From assembly GCF_000315625.1 (NCBI RefSeq), contig NW_005434639.1:594363-658362 (forward strand): 64,000 bases of DNA, given 5' to 3'. Source of the stretch: Guillardia theta CCMP2712 (Eukaryota > Protista > Cryptophyta). The translations under genes were made by a program, and so were the position numbers. The notes under the pieces are model-generated. The model did no database searches. It saw only the letters and a program-made list of their open reading frames with translations, and was not told where the DNA came from. Shown in pieces: positions 44,901 to 55,275 of this stretch; within the stretch, counting starts at the first letter, position 1; each line of letters starts with the position of its first letter.

Positions 44901-46469
44901 ATAGATATTCAGTAGGCTTGTGCTGCTTCTTGAGAGCTGCTACACGTCTCCGTCAGCCATGTCCACCACTCCTCCATCCCTCCATCCTCCCCGTACCTGA
45001 AGCCGATGCTAGAGACAGAGATGGAGATACCTGTGCGGCTGCCTTGATGCATCTCAGGGTATGAAAACAGATCCTTGCTGAGCTCATCGCATCGAGCAGC
45101 AGCAACAGCAGAACAGGCTACGAGAAAAGCAGAGAACGATCTTCTCTTTTCCTCAACGACCAAAAAGCTTTGGGACAAGCACAAACGACCCAGACAGGCC
45201 TGCTCTCTATCCCTCGACGCTGTGGACTTTCAAGGGCTCATTGGACATAAAGGATCGGAGCAACAGGTCACGTCAAGTCATCTCAACGGCCTCGCATTTT
45301 CTCAGTCGATCTCTCGCGGTCTAGACCTACGAGAGACGATCGCTCCTGCCCTCACTTCATCGTGTTGATCATCCTTTGCTGCCCGTCCTTCTGCTTCTCA
45401 CAGGCTGCCTGCAGGCTACCAACCTCCATCCCTACTCGTCACACTACTGCATGAGTGCAGGGAGGAGGAGGTTTGCAGCACAGGTGATGTGAGATCCGAT
45501 AAGCACAGCTGTCTGTGAGAGACACAAGAGGTCTGTCTTCCTTCTGCCAGCTTTCTGCTGCATCTCCATGCTGATGTTATGTCTCTGCGCTACTTCTCGC
45601 TCTGCTCTGAATCTTAGAGCGTCGTCGACGTGTCTGCGGAGGAAGAGGGCGAGCGTCACTCGATGGCTCACGCCAGGCACGTGAGGGCTGACCTGGAAAA
45701 GATATGGGGAGAATAGGCTTGTGGAAGGACGCCAGGTTGCTAGAGGAGTGCTGGGAACCTGCGACGTAAACGAATGGTGCAAGGAGGGACATACCTGGAG
45801 CTTACGCACCATAGCAGTGGAGGGCTGGGCGGCTTGAATGCCTAACTTTGACCACGCGAGTTAAAAACAGCTGATGCTCAGGCAAATGACAGGGAAGCAA
45901 GATTGTGAAATGTAAAATCCTCTGCTTTCTCTAAAGGCCTCGTCCAATATCCCAACTTTCGTTGCTCCATCACTGTTTTTGCTATTGTATCGTATCAAAA
46001 CGATTTGCTCTGGCCTGAGTCAGAGTCTTGTCTTAGCATCTTCTCTCTTCTCCTTTCCTCCCCCATCTTCCTTCCTTCCTTTCTTCCCCTCCCTCCTCCT
46101 TCTCTCTTCCTCCTTCTCTCTTCCCTCTCCTTCTCTCTTCCTCCTTCTCTCTTCCTCCTTCTCTCTTCCCTCTGCTGCTCTCTTCCTCCCATGCTCTCTT
46201 CCTCCTTATCTCTTCCTCATCCTGCTCACTTCCTCGTTCTTTCCTCCTCCTCTTTCTCCTCTCCTCTTCGCGCCTACCTTCCGTTCCGCGACCTGCTGCT
46301 GAGCAAGGAGCGGCGGCGTCCGACCACCTACCCACTTCTTTCTACTTCCTGGTCCCCTACCCCTTTTCCCCCATGTAGTACCCCAGAAAATACCTAACTC
46401 TACCCACCCCCAGAATCTGAGGTGACTCTTCATCAAAGGCCGCACTGGTTCCTAGCTCAACTCACGTGC

Positions 46470-46835
46470 CTCATGAGCCCCAGTGACTCGGATTCCCGGA
46501 CTCCTGACAGTCCAGCGCCGGGCCGGGAGCCCGGCCCCGGGCCCCTATCATCCGATCATCGCGCCGGGCGGGATCCCCGCCGCGAGACCGTACTTCCGGA
46601 GACAGGCTCCCGCCGCCGCGGTACGGTCGGACTCGAGAGCCTTCAGGCTCCGAGTCCGTACGCCGCGGGCACGGTTCCGAAGTTCCGGGGGCCGCGCCCG
46701 GTCCGCGCGGCACCGTCCGGGGACTGAGTCCGATCCGTCACGTCGGAGTCCCGGCCGCGGCCGGCGGCACTGCACCGCGGCACCTGACTCGGCACTACTC
46801 TGCCTCGACTGAGTCAACCGGATGCCTGCCCTGAC
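46470..46835. repeat. CpG-rich palindromic island
   Basis: gactcgg, gactgagtc, ccggccccgggccc and ttccgaagttcc (the last also at 9804). Confidence 0.5.
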
Positions 46836-46950
46836 CGTACTTGTGCTTGCAGACGCAAATGCCATGATTGTCAGGTCGCATCTAATAATGACATTTACTT
46901 CAAAGCTAGCCAGTACGCCGTTTGAGCCCGGGCCTCTTCCCTCAGCTCTT

Positions 46951-48610
46951 GGATGTAGTGGCACTGACTTGCCTTGCCAGCCTCCGCAGTACCGGCCTGG
47001 CTTCGAGGCTGGCCAAAAGACGCAGCTGGACCGTAGTGCAACTCGGCATTCAAAATATGATTGTCACAGACTACACACCCCGACAAGGCCCCGGGTCAGC
47101 CGCATCTGTTACACCCCGAAGCTTTACGGGTTGCACACAAACCAAGCGAATGCTCAAAGAACCTCCGCTGGATCACACAGATGGTGCTAGACAGTATTAT
47201 CAAGCTTTATTGCAGCAACCACACCAACACAGGGAAATGCGTGGTACACAGAGGGAGGGAAGACAGACCACACCTAGAGATGAAGATCTTGATCCTTTTA
47301 TAGACCTGTGGAAGTCCCAGGGGTAGTGGTCCTCGCTTGCACGAGTCTTCCTGCCTCGTGCCGTCGCTATGGCCCCTTTGGTCCATGCCCTGCTCCTGTT
47401 CTTGTTTCTACCAGAAAGGAGAGCTCCACCGGTGCTTGATAGGGAAGCCGTCCCGGAGGGGTCCGCCAGGCTTCTGAACCAAAGTAGCCGTTAGAGAATC
47501 ACTGTCTTTCGTCTGGATAGTTGTAGAGGCTATCCTTGTGCGCTGTCCACATTTCGAGTGTTGACCACTCCTGTGTTGGGCTCGATATCCTATGAGCTCT
47601 GATAGCATCGCACTGCCCCTCCTACTTGTTGTGACCTCCTGCCGGACCTCCAATGGCCCCTCCCTGCAAGTACTCCTCACCCCGCCACCCCCAGCATCGA
47701 CACCACCCACTCGTCTCCTGCCTCGCCTCCCGGCCCCAGCACACTTGCCGTCCTCTCGTCCTCGTGCCCCAGGATCTCGTGACCCCGCTGGTAGTGCTCC
47801 TCGTAGCAAAAGCCCGCCTCGCCCAGCTCTCGGTTCGTCTCCGGCGAGCTCTCCAAGGTCCACAGCGCCTCCAGCCCTGCCGACGCCTTGCCGTCCGCCC
47901 AGAACGCGTCCCCGTCATACAAGCAAGCGCTCAGAGGCCCCAGCCCGTCGTCGCTGTGAAGCCTGACGTCGAAGGCTCGAGGGCTGCTAGCGGCAGCCGG
48001 CAACGACTCGAAGGCTTGCTCTCTCCACTCCACGCACTCGCGTCCGGCGCTGACGCACCTGACGCAGGGGCGGGACGGCTCGCACCTCGTCTTGGTCTGA
48101 CGGCAGAGCTCGCAGGCTCGCTCGACTCTCTTCCTCCTCTGCCACGGAAACAACTTGCTCGTCGTCGTGCCGTCCGCTTGCGAGTCTGCGCCGAGCGGAG
48201 CCACGCGCTCCTGCTCGCCAGCCCTCACGACGGCTGTTGTCGCAGCGTACTCCTGACACTCGCTGCAGGCGAGCATGAAGTTGGTCGTGCAGCGCGTGCA
48301 GGGCTTATCCATGCTGCACTTGAGCTTCCGCTGGCGGCATCCTTGGCAAGACCTTCTCTTCTCGGCCCGGCGGGTCAGCTTGGGCCAGCTCGGGCTATCA
48401 GAGGCGAGGCCGACGGCATGCCATGCGCTGTAGGCGAAGCAGACCTGACCGCAGCCCCGGCGGTTGCACCGCGAGCACGGACGGAAGTCATCGCACTTGA
48501 CCTTGTTGAACTTGCAGCGGAAGCAGGCGGCGGAGGCTCGACGGGGGGGGGCGATGGCATCTTGATAGGAGGGGAAGGGGAGGGAGAGAGAGCCAGGAGC
48601 AGGAGGACAG
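46951..48610. repeat. Left inner inverted-repeat arm (pairs with 49146-50305), with ~500 bp extra sequence at 47107-47609
   Basis: 46951-47106 and 47605-48610 match the reverse complement of 50305-49146. Confidence 0.9.
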
Positions 48611-48672
48611 GGGGCCTTGATAGGGGAGGAAGAAGGAGAAGTCTGGGCTTCGAGGGGAAGGGTGTGGAGCAT
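47677..48672 (-). CDS. Intronless protein with three Zn(II)2Cys6 binuclear clusters, copy 1
   Basis: ACFRCKFNKVKCDDFRPCSRCNRRGCGQVC; SCQGCRQRKLKCSMDKPCTRCTTNFMLAC; ACELCRQTKTRCEPSRPCVRCVSAGREC; acidic tail. Confidence 0.9.
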   Translation of the reverse strand: MLHTLPLEAQTSPSSSPIKAPCPPAPGSLSLPFPSYQDAIAPPRRASAACFRCKFNKVKCDDFRPCSRCNRRGCGQVCFAYSAWHAVGLASDSPSWPKLTRRAEKRRSCQGCRQRKLKCSMDKPCTRCTTNFMLACSECQEYAATTAVVRAGEQERVAPLGADSQADGTTTSKLFPWQRRKRVERACELCRQTKTRCEPSRPCVRCVSAGRECVEWREQAFESLPAAASSPRAFDVRLHSDDGLGPLSACLYDGDAFWADGKASAGLEALWTLESSPETNRELGEAGFCYEEHYQRGHEILGHEDERTASVLGPGGEAGDEWVVSMLGVAG

Positions 48673-49136
48673 GTTTCAAGGTGTGGGGGCAGGGAACGCT
48701 AGAAGCGGACCGCCACTTCGTGTCGGAGTGCTGCGTCGTCATTTGAAGGCAGCATACTAAAGGGGGGGGGTACTGGCGCGTGGGGAGGGGAAGGGGTAAG
48801 AAGCAGAGGAGGGATGTGGGAGTAAAGGGGCTGGGGGTCGGGGGTCCGGCGGAGGCAGCGTGATCAGGTGAGGGGGGGGTATCGGTGACTCTGAAACTCC
48901 GGTGTCATCATCCGGAGCGAACCGACGCGTTTTCTCCGAGGGCGACCGTCACTTGGAGAACTCGCAACGGTTCGCTCCGGGGCCTTAATCCTATGGACAC
49001 CTATACGCCCCGAGGTCCTAGGCTCCTAGGACTCAAAGGCCCCCTACAACGGTGCTCCGAGCGTCAATCATTAAAAAAAATTAGTAACTGATTTTTAACG
49101 TGCTCACCTTCATCTCCTTCCTCCCCTCGGTCACCT

Positions 49137-50084
49137 ATGCCCTCCCCATGTCCTCTTGCTCCTGGCTCTCCCTCCCTCCCCTTCCCCTCCTATCAAGATG
49201 CCATCGCCCCCCCCCGTCGAGCCTCCGCCGCCTGCTTCCGCTGCAAGTTCAACAAGGTCAAGTGCGATGACTTCCGTCCGTGCTCGCGGTGCAACCGCCG
49301 GGGCTGCGGTCAGGTCTGCTTCGCCTACAGCGCATGGCATGCCGTCGGCCTCGCCTCTGATAGCCCGAGCTGGCCCAAGCTGACCCGCCGGGCCGAGAAG
49401 AGAAGGTCTTGCCAAGGATGCCGCCAGCGGAAGCTCAAGTGCAGCATGGATAAGCCCTGCACGCGCTGCACGACCAACTTCATGCTCGCCTGCAGCGAGT
49501 GTCAGGAGTACGCTGCGACAACAGCCGTCGTGAGGGCTGGCGAGCAGGAGCGCGTGGCTCCGCTCGGCGCAGACTCGCAAGCGGACGGCACGACGACGAG
49601 CAAGTTGTTTCCGTGGCAGAGGAGGAAGAGAGTCGAGCGAGCCTGCGAGCTCTGCCGTCAGACCAAGACGAGGTGCGAGCCGTCCCGCCCCTGCGTCAGG
49701 TGCGTCAGTGCCGGGCGCGAGTGCGTGGAGTGGAGGGAGCAAGCCTCCGAGTCGTTGCCGGCTGCCGCTAGCAGCCCTCGAGCCTTCGACGTCAGGCTTC
49801 ACAGCGACGACGGGCTGGGGCCTCTGAGCGCTTGCTTGTATGACGGGGACGCGTTCTGGGCGGACGGCAAGGCGTCGGCAGGGCTGGAGGCGCTGTGGAC
49901 CTTGGAGAGCTCGCCGGAGACGAACCGAGAGCTGGGCGAGGCGGGCTTTTGCTACGAGGAGCACTACCAGCGGGGTCACGAGGTCCTGCGGCACGAGGAC
50001 GAGAGTCAGACGGCAAGTGCGCTGGGGCCGGGAGGCGAGGCAGGAGACGAGTGGGTGGTGTCGATGCTGGGGGTGGCGGGGTGA
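49137..50084 (+). CDS. Intronless protein with three Zn(II)2Cys6 binuclear clusters, copy 2
   Basis: Near-identical inverted copy of 47677-48672 with a different N-terminus. Confidence 0.9.
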   Translation: MPSPCPLAPGSPSLPFPSYQDAIAPPRRASAACFRCKFNKVKCDDFRPCSRCNRRGCGQVCFAYSAWHAVGLASDSPSWPKLTRRAEKRRSCQGCRQRKLKCSMDKPCTRCTTNFMLACSECQEYAATTAVVRAGEQERVAPLGADSQADGTTTSKLFPWQRRKRVERACELCRQTKTRCEPSRPCVRCVSAGRECVEWREQASESLPAAASSPRAFDVRLHSDDGLGPLSACLYDGDAFWADGKASAGLEALWTLESSPETNRELGEAGFCYEEHYQRGHEVLRHEDESQTASALGPGGEAGDEWVVSMLGVAG

Positions 50085-50305
50085 GGAGTACTTGCAGGGA
50101 GGGGCCATTGGAGGTCCGGCAGGAGGTCACAACAAGTAGCAGGGGCAGTGCGATGCGGCTGACCCTTGTCGGGGTCCGTGTGTAGTCTGTGACAATCGTA
50201 TTTTGAATGCCGAGTTGCACTACGGTCCAGCTGCGTCTTTTGGCCAGCCTCGAAGCCAGGCCGGTACTGCGGAGGCTGGCAAGGCAAGTCAGTGCCATTA
50301 CATCC
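49146..50305. repeat. Right inner inverted-repeat arm
   Basis: Reverse complement of 46951-47106 plus 47605-48610. Confidence 0.9.
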
Positions 50306-50538
50306 AGTAAACAACATTACAAAATGCTACCTGACACACACCCCTGAGCATATGCCTTGGATCCGCCATATGCATATCCATGGAAAGCCCAGATTCGAGG
50401 CAATCGAACATCACACAGCAGTACAGGAGCACGTGGTAGATGGAGTGAGGATCATGGAACAGGCTCCCATCCTCCTTATCACGGTCCGCTGGACCATGGC
50501 GTTTACCCTGAGGCTGTTACGGCAACTACAGAGGTTCA

Positions 50539-51153
50539 TCAAGACGGAGGCCACGATGCCCTTGGGCTCCATCCACTTCGCAAACCTCTCAAAGAAGCGC
50601 ATGGGAAGATGGGAGTCCATCCTGCCCAGCGCATCCTCGTGATCGTAGAGGTCTTAGAGGATATCCCTCCTCCCGGTCCTGAAATTATCCCTGTAGAGAA
50701 AGTCGAAGCCGCCCTCAGAGCCGGGGACCAGCGGCGGTAATACCCATCCGCCCCGCGGACATAGGCCGTCCCCTCCCGATTCACATCGAAGGGATGGCGG
50801 AGCTCGAGGTTCTTCATCACCGCCCCAAAGCCCGAGGAGCTCGCAACCCTCGCAAGCCTCTCGTTCGACCAGTAGCAGTGCCAACCGCAGCCAGTGAAGC
50901 ACACCATCACGTCGTTCCTGAAGCTGGAACCGAACCTCTTCTTGCCAAGCTTCGAAGCCCCATACACAGGCTTGAAGCCATCCACCAGCTCCCGCATTGC
51001 GATATCATGGCTATACACCGCGCCGAAGTGGAAGGAGACCAGACGATTCCCCATCTTCTTCATGAAGTCCAACACGCTTATGTTGTTCTTCTTCAGGAGC
51101 ATTGGAAGGGGATAAGGCACGCGGAGTTCAAGAAAAAGGAGCATCAAGACCAT
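50539..51153 (-). CDS. Unidentified intronless ORF or gene fragment
   Basis: 204-aa open frame with coding-like composition; no motif recognised. Confidence 0.3.
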   Translation of the reverse strand: MVLMLLFLELRVPYPLPMLLKKNNISVLDFMKKMGNRLVSFHFGAVYSHDIAMRELVDGFKPVYGASKLGKKRFGSSFRNDVMVCFTGCGWHCYWSNERLARVASSSGFGAVMKNLELRHPFDVNREGTAYVRGADGYYRRWSPALRAASTFSTGIISGPGGGISSKTSTITRMRWAGWTPIFPCASLRGLRSGWSPRASWPPS

Positions 51154-51443
51154 TTATGGAATGGATACCATGGGAATGGAGATGAGGAACGGGACCGGGA
51201 TGGTCCAGACTTCCGCAAGTCCCGTTGTGGAGACCGGGCAGACGCTCCCCTGCAATGTCATCGATGCCCTGGAGGGGGCGATGTTTAACGTGAGCTGCTC
51301 GGGGAGGGTGGATTTCATGGTGGACATCCTGGACCGGAGGGGAGATCCAGTGGTGGTGAGGTGCTTCCACCGGGCCTGCTGGATATTAAGCATAAGTTTC
51401 TCACCCCTGTCGATCTAGAACAGACTCTTGCACATACATCTAG

Positions 51444-51476
<33 letters not shown>

Positions 51477-51513
51477 AGGGAGGGAGGCAGGCAGGCAGGC
51501 AGGCAGGGAGCGA

Positions 51514-51577
<64 letters not shown>

Positions 51578-51670
51578 TGGGAGGGAGGGAAGCAGGCAGG
51601 GAGTGAGCGAAGGCAGGCAGGGAGGCAGTGTGCAGGCAGAAAGGCAGGGAGGCAGGCAGGCAGGCAGGCA
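51444..51670. repeat. (GGCA)n tetranucleotide microsatellite
   Basis: Direct reading. Confidence 0.92.
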
Positions 51671-51789
51671 TATAGACAGACATATGAGTCTGTATTAGAG
51701 AAACATTGAAAGGTTTGTATGGGTGGGGTTCAAGTACTAGGAGGCTTAGACATGTTGACAAGGATGTTTCAACAATCATTGAATTCACC

Positions 51790-53250
51790 TCAGGGGCGAC
51801 GTAGGTGATTCGGTCTTTCAGGAAACACCTTGAAACAAGCGAGTGTATTCAGTGCCGCATTCCAGTCCCGGGATTTAATCGGCTTTTCTTTGCAACTGCC
51901 ACGATAATAGTCAGACGAAAAGGTGAATTACGCCAGTATACAAAATATTACCTCGATGATCTGGACTTCTCCTTGTTTCCAACCTCCAGGTCCCGTCTGG
52001 TTTTTTCCTTTTCATTTCAATCCGTCGAAGTACATAGAGCTCAGAACCACAATCGTTACAGCACTTCGTAGTGCGATATTCGTCAATATCGACGACTCTG
52101 TAATGATTCTCGAATCCCCTTCTGCTCCTCCTGACTGGTACCAGCCGTTCTCCTTAAAGTCCTGAAGACGGGAACCTTGCATTTCCATAGGCGACAACAG
52201 GTTCTATTTCTCCCAATGTTTTCATTCGGCGGATAAACCTGTCGACTAACTTTCGTTTCGAAATGTAGATGTCGAATTTCATTCTGGCATTCCTTCGCTT
52301 TGAATAATGCGTTGTTAACTCTTCCCAATGAGTTGCAATTACACGAAGGTAATCTTCGAATCTTGATAGACTGCCGCCGGACTTTCTCGGGGATGCCGTG
52401 AAGGTCTTTTTCGAGAGACCACGATCTTCGAAGAATTTCAACATAAACATTTGTCTCGATTATCTCGAACAGATTTTTCTGCAACCTCTGATCAAATTTG
52501 TCATATGAGAAACTAAAGAATTCGTCGTCCATTGATAATCCAATAAGTTGCCTTATAGAATGAATGAAGATTCCTATCTGCTATGAATTATCCCTGTTAA
52601 ACACGCCTGTCTTCAGCTTGTAGTCTTTCCTTTGAAACAATACATTCTTAACGTCTTCGATTTCTTGCTGATGATTAATATGTAACTCTCCTTTGCAGAA
52701 TTGGGTAATGAACGTTCCCAATCGGTTTGTAAAATTTGCTTTCAGGTCTTGGTAGAAATTCGTTCCATATTGATTTGCAGCGAATACAATTGCTTGTGAA
52801 TCCCTTTTGATTCTACACAGGTCAACGAAAAGATGTTTTTTCTCTGACCAGAAACGGTGTAGAGTTGGATACTTGTCATCTTTACGGTTTAATTGTTCCA
52901 TTCCAAGCGTAAAAACAGTCCAGAAGAACGTTGACTTCGCTCTCTTGATTTCATCGACTACACCTTGTAAGTTCCCTGTATCTCTTCCCCATATCAGAAA
53001 ACAGTTGAATATCATACTGCCTCTTAATGTGATCTGACTGATATGTAGTACCCATCTATCGATCACGTCCAAGATTGATCTATTCTCTACCTTTAGTATG
53101 GAATACAAACCACACTTGACGACTCTTGTAAACGGGTATGCTAGTCTGGTGAAAACGAAATCATGCTAGAAAGTAGACGGTCACTACATTGTTCCATTAC
53201 CGTCGTTTCAGTGCATTGAACCGTGGGCCACAAACTTTTCTGAGGGCGGG
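51790..53250 (-). pseudogene. Fanzor (eukaryotic TnpB-derived RNA-guided endonuclease) remnant, internally deleted, with stops and frameshifts
   Basis: N-terminal TRVVKCGLYSILK..SQITLRGSMIFN; RNARMKFDIYISKRKLVDRF; VVAYGNARFPSSGL*GERLVP; RuvC-II/Zn finger VVDIDEYRTTKCCNDCG; RuvC-III SRDWNAALN; C-terminal ERPNHLRRP*. No RuvC-I (G-x-D-P-G) is seen, and the region is AT-rich relative to its flanks. Confidence 0.85.
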
Positions 53251-53461
53251 AAGACAGGAGGCCTACCACAAACTTTTGTGGGTGCTGTATGAGGGCCTAA
53301 AACAAACCGGTTTGATTTTGATTCTATTCTTAGTGCTTACTACATGACTTTTAGCATTTTAACTCGACTTTTTCCTCCTGTACAATACTTTTAAGAGAGG
53401 TTTTCCCTGCTAGAGTCTATTAAAACTTCGTTCATGGATGGAGGAGGCACCAGCCCACGCT

Positions 53462-54383
53462 ATGGCACGCAGCAAGCAGATCGCCCGCAAGTCGACCAGG
53501 TCTACTCGTTTCCTCCCCTCCCTCTACTAATCTCTACTTCGAACAGCATGGCATCCGGACTGCCCAGGTGAGCTCGCGTGTGCGTCTAGCCACACTCATG
53601 ATGGTGTGTCTCAGCGTGGTCAAGATCGAGTCGGAGGACGCGAGCTTCTCGCCCCACATCCGCATGTGAGTCGTCCAAGATCGTCCGTCCCTCCTGCTCG
53701 CTGACCTCGTACCGCTCCCAGTCACAACGTAGTCGCGCTCGCCAGGATCAAGGGCCCTCTCCGCCTCGACACGCGGCTGCTGGCTCGCAAGCTGAAGAAC
53801 GTTCAGTACAGGGGAGACCTCAAGAACTGCTTCGCCGTCACTTTCTGGTTCAAGGACTGCTCTGCCTCCGCCACCGTCTTCAAAACCGGGAGCATCCGGC
53901 TGGCAGGAGCCAAGTCCGAGTCAGCGGCCTTGACCCTGATGAGGAGGGTGGTGAGGAGGATCGCGAGGATCATCGAGGAGGTGCGAGGCTTCGACAAGTT
54001 CAGGCTCGTCAACACGGTCGGTGGCTTCGAGACGAGGGGCTTCATCGACAGAGAGAGGTCCTACCTCAGCCTCGCCCGCAAGCACCCGGCTACCTACGAG
54101 CCCGCGCTGGCAATGGGCATCATGGTCAAGCTCGAGTGGCTCAAGGTGACGGAGGCGGGAGGGGAGGGAGCGGGCGACTGACGCGTGCGAGCAGGTGACT
54201 GTGCGCATTCAGCGGCAGAGTGTGCAGATCTTCGGGGCGAAGAGACTCGGCGACCTGTCGCTCGCCATGCAGACCGTGATGCCGCTGCTGGTGTACGTAC
54301 AGGAGGGAGGCAGCTACCAATGGACGGGCCGGGGATGGGGGAAGTCCACGGCAGGAGGGATGTGGTTTTTGGGTGAATCCTAG
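53462..54383 (+). CDS. Divergent TBP-like factor, copy 2, with a histone-H3-tail-like first exon (5 exons)
   Basis: Exon 53462-53499 gives MARSKQIARKST; GT-AG intron 53500-53546; continues in frame to SMASGLP|SVVKIESEDASFSPHIRI|HNVVALARIK..ATVFKTGSIRLAGAKSES..VNTVGG..YEPALAMGIMVKLEWLK|VTVRIQRQSVQIFGAKR..GES*. Confidence 0.75.
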
Positions 54384-54434
54384 GGATCAAGTATTACTGA
54401 CGAGTGTGATTAAATGAATGTTTGTCTTTACTTG
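53544..54434. repeat. Right outer arm of the long inverted repeat
   Basis: Reverse complement of 43826-44714. Confidence 0.92.
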
Positions 54435-54717
54435 TTTTGTTCTTCTCCTCGATCTAGTAATGAGTGAGATTCCTTGACCAGGCACTATCAAATCCGAGCA
54501 TTTCTGTTGGACTAGAAATTAGATTACAAGTCCACAACACAACTTCCGAAAGCTCTGTAGTGAAAGAAAGATTTACTTTTTACAAAGCGGAATATTACAT
54601 ATCAAAATCTGTATGCATGCCTCTTGTATATTCAGTTCACTTAAGAACACCAGAACCAAGCAACTCCACGATTATCAGGACGATGGGTCAACAAAGCAAT
54701 CAGGCAAGCATGCACAT

Positions 54718-55026
54718 TCATTGTAAGGGAGCATTTTCCTCCGGTGTTCTGCCATTTTTTGGGAACGGCGTCGCCATGTTGAAATGCTCACACCAATAGT
54801 CCGTGTAGTTCTTGAGCAAATGAGGCTCTGACGTCTTGTCGTAGTCGTCATAGAGCTTTGCGCAGTATTCTCGATCGATGTCTCCTCCGAGCAGCGCGGT
54901 GAACGAAGCAAACATCCACGATATCAGCTGATCAGTCCTCCAGGTGGAACTCCTGTCTTTAGAAAAGTCATTCTTCCTTTTGATACAGCCCCCCCCCTGC
55001 TCCTGCTCCTGCTGCTGCTTCTGCTT

Positions 55027-55124
<98 letters not shown>

Positions 55125-55210
55125 CCCCTACTCCTCCTGCTGCTTCTGCTCCTGATGCTCCTTCTCATGGTCCTCCTCTGCTCCTCCGGCTGCTTCTGCT
55201 CCTGATCCTT

Positions 55211-55275
<65 letters not shown>

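Noticed and set aside
47653-50108. 349-aa and 325-aa ORFs opposite the Zn2Cys6 genes
   Set aside because: Antisense shadows in GC-rich DNA with no motifs.
53462-53499. A complete histone H3 gene
   Set aside because: Only the first 12 codons resemble H3; no GGKAPRK or histone fold follows.
43826-54434. Outer inverted repeats as transposon terminal inverted repeats
   Set aside because: The arms are whole intron-containing genes; no target-site duplication or transposase was found, so no mobile element is called.
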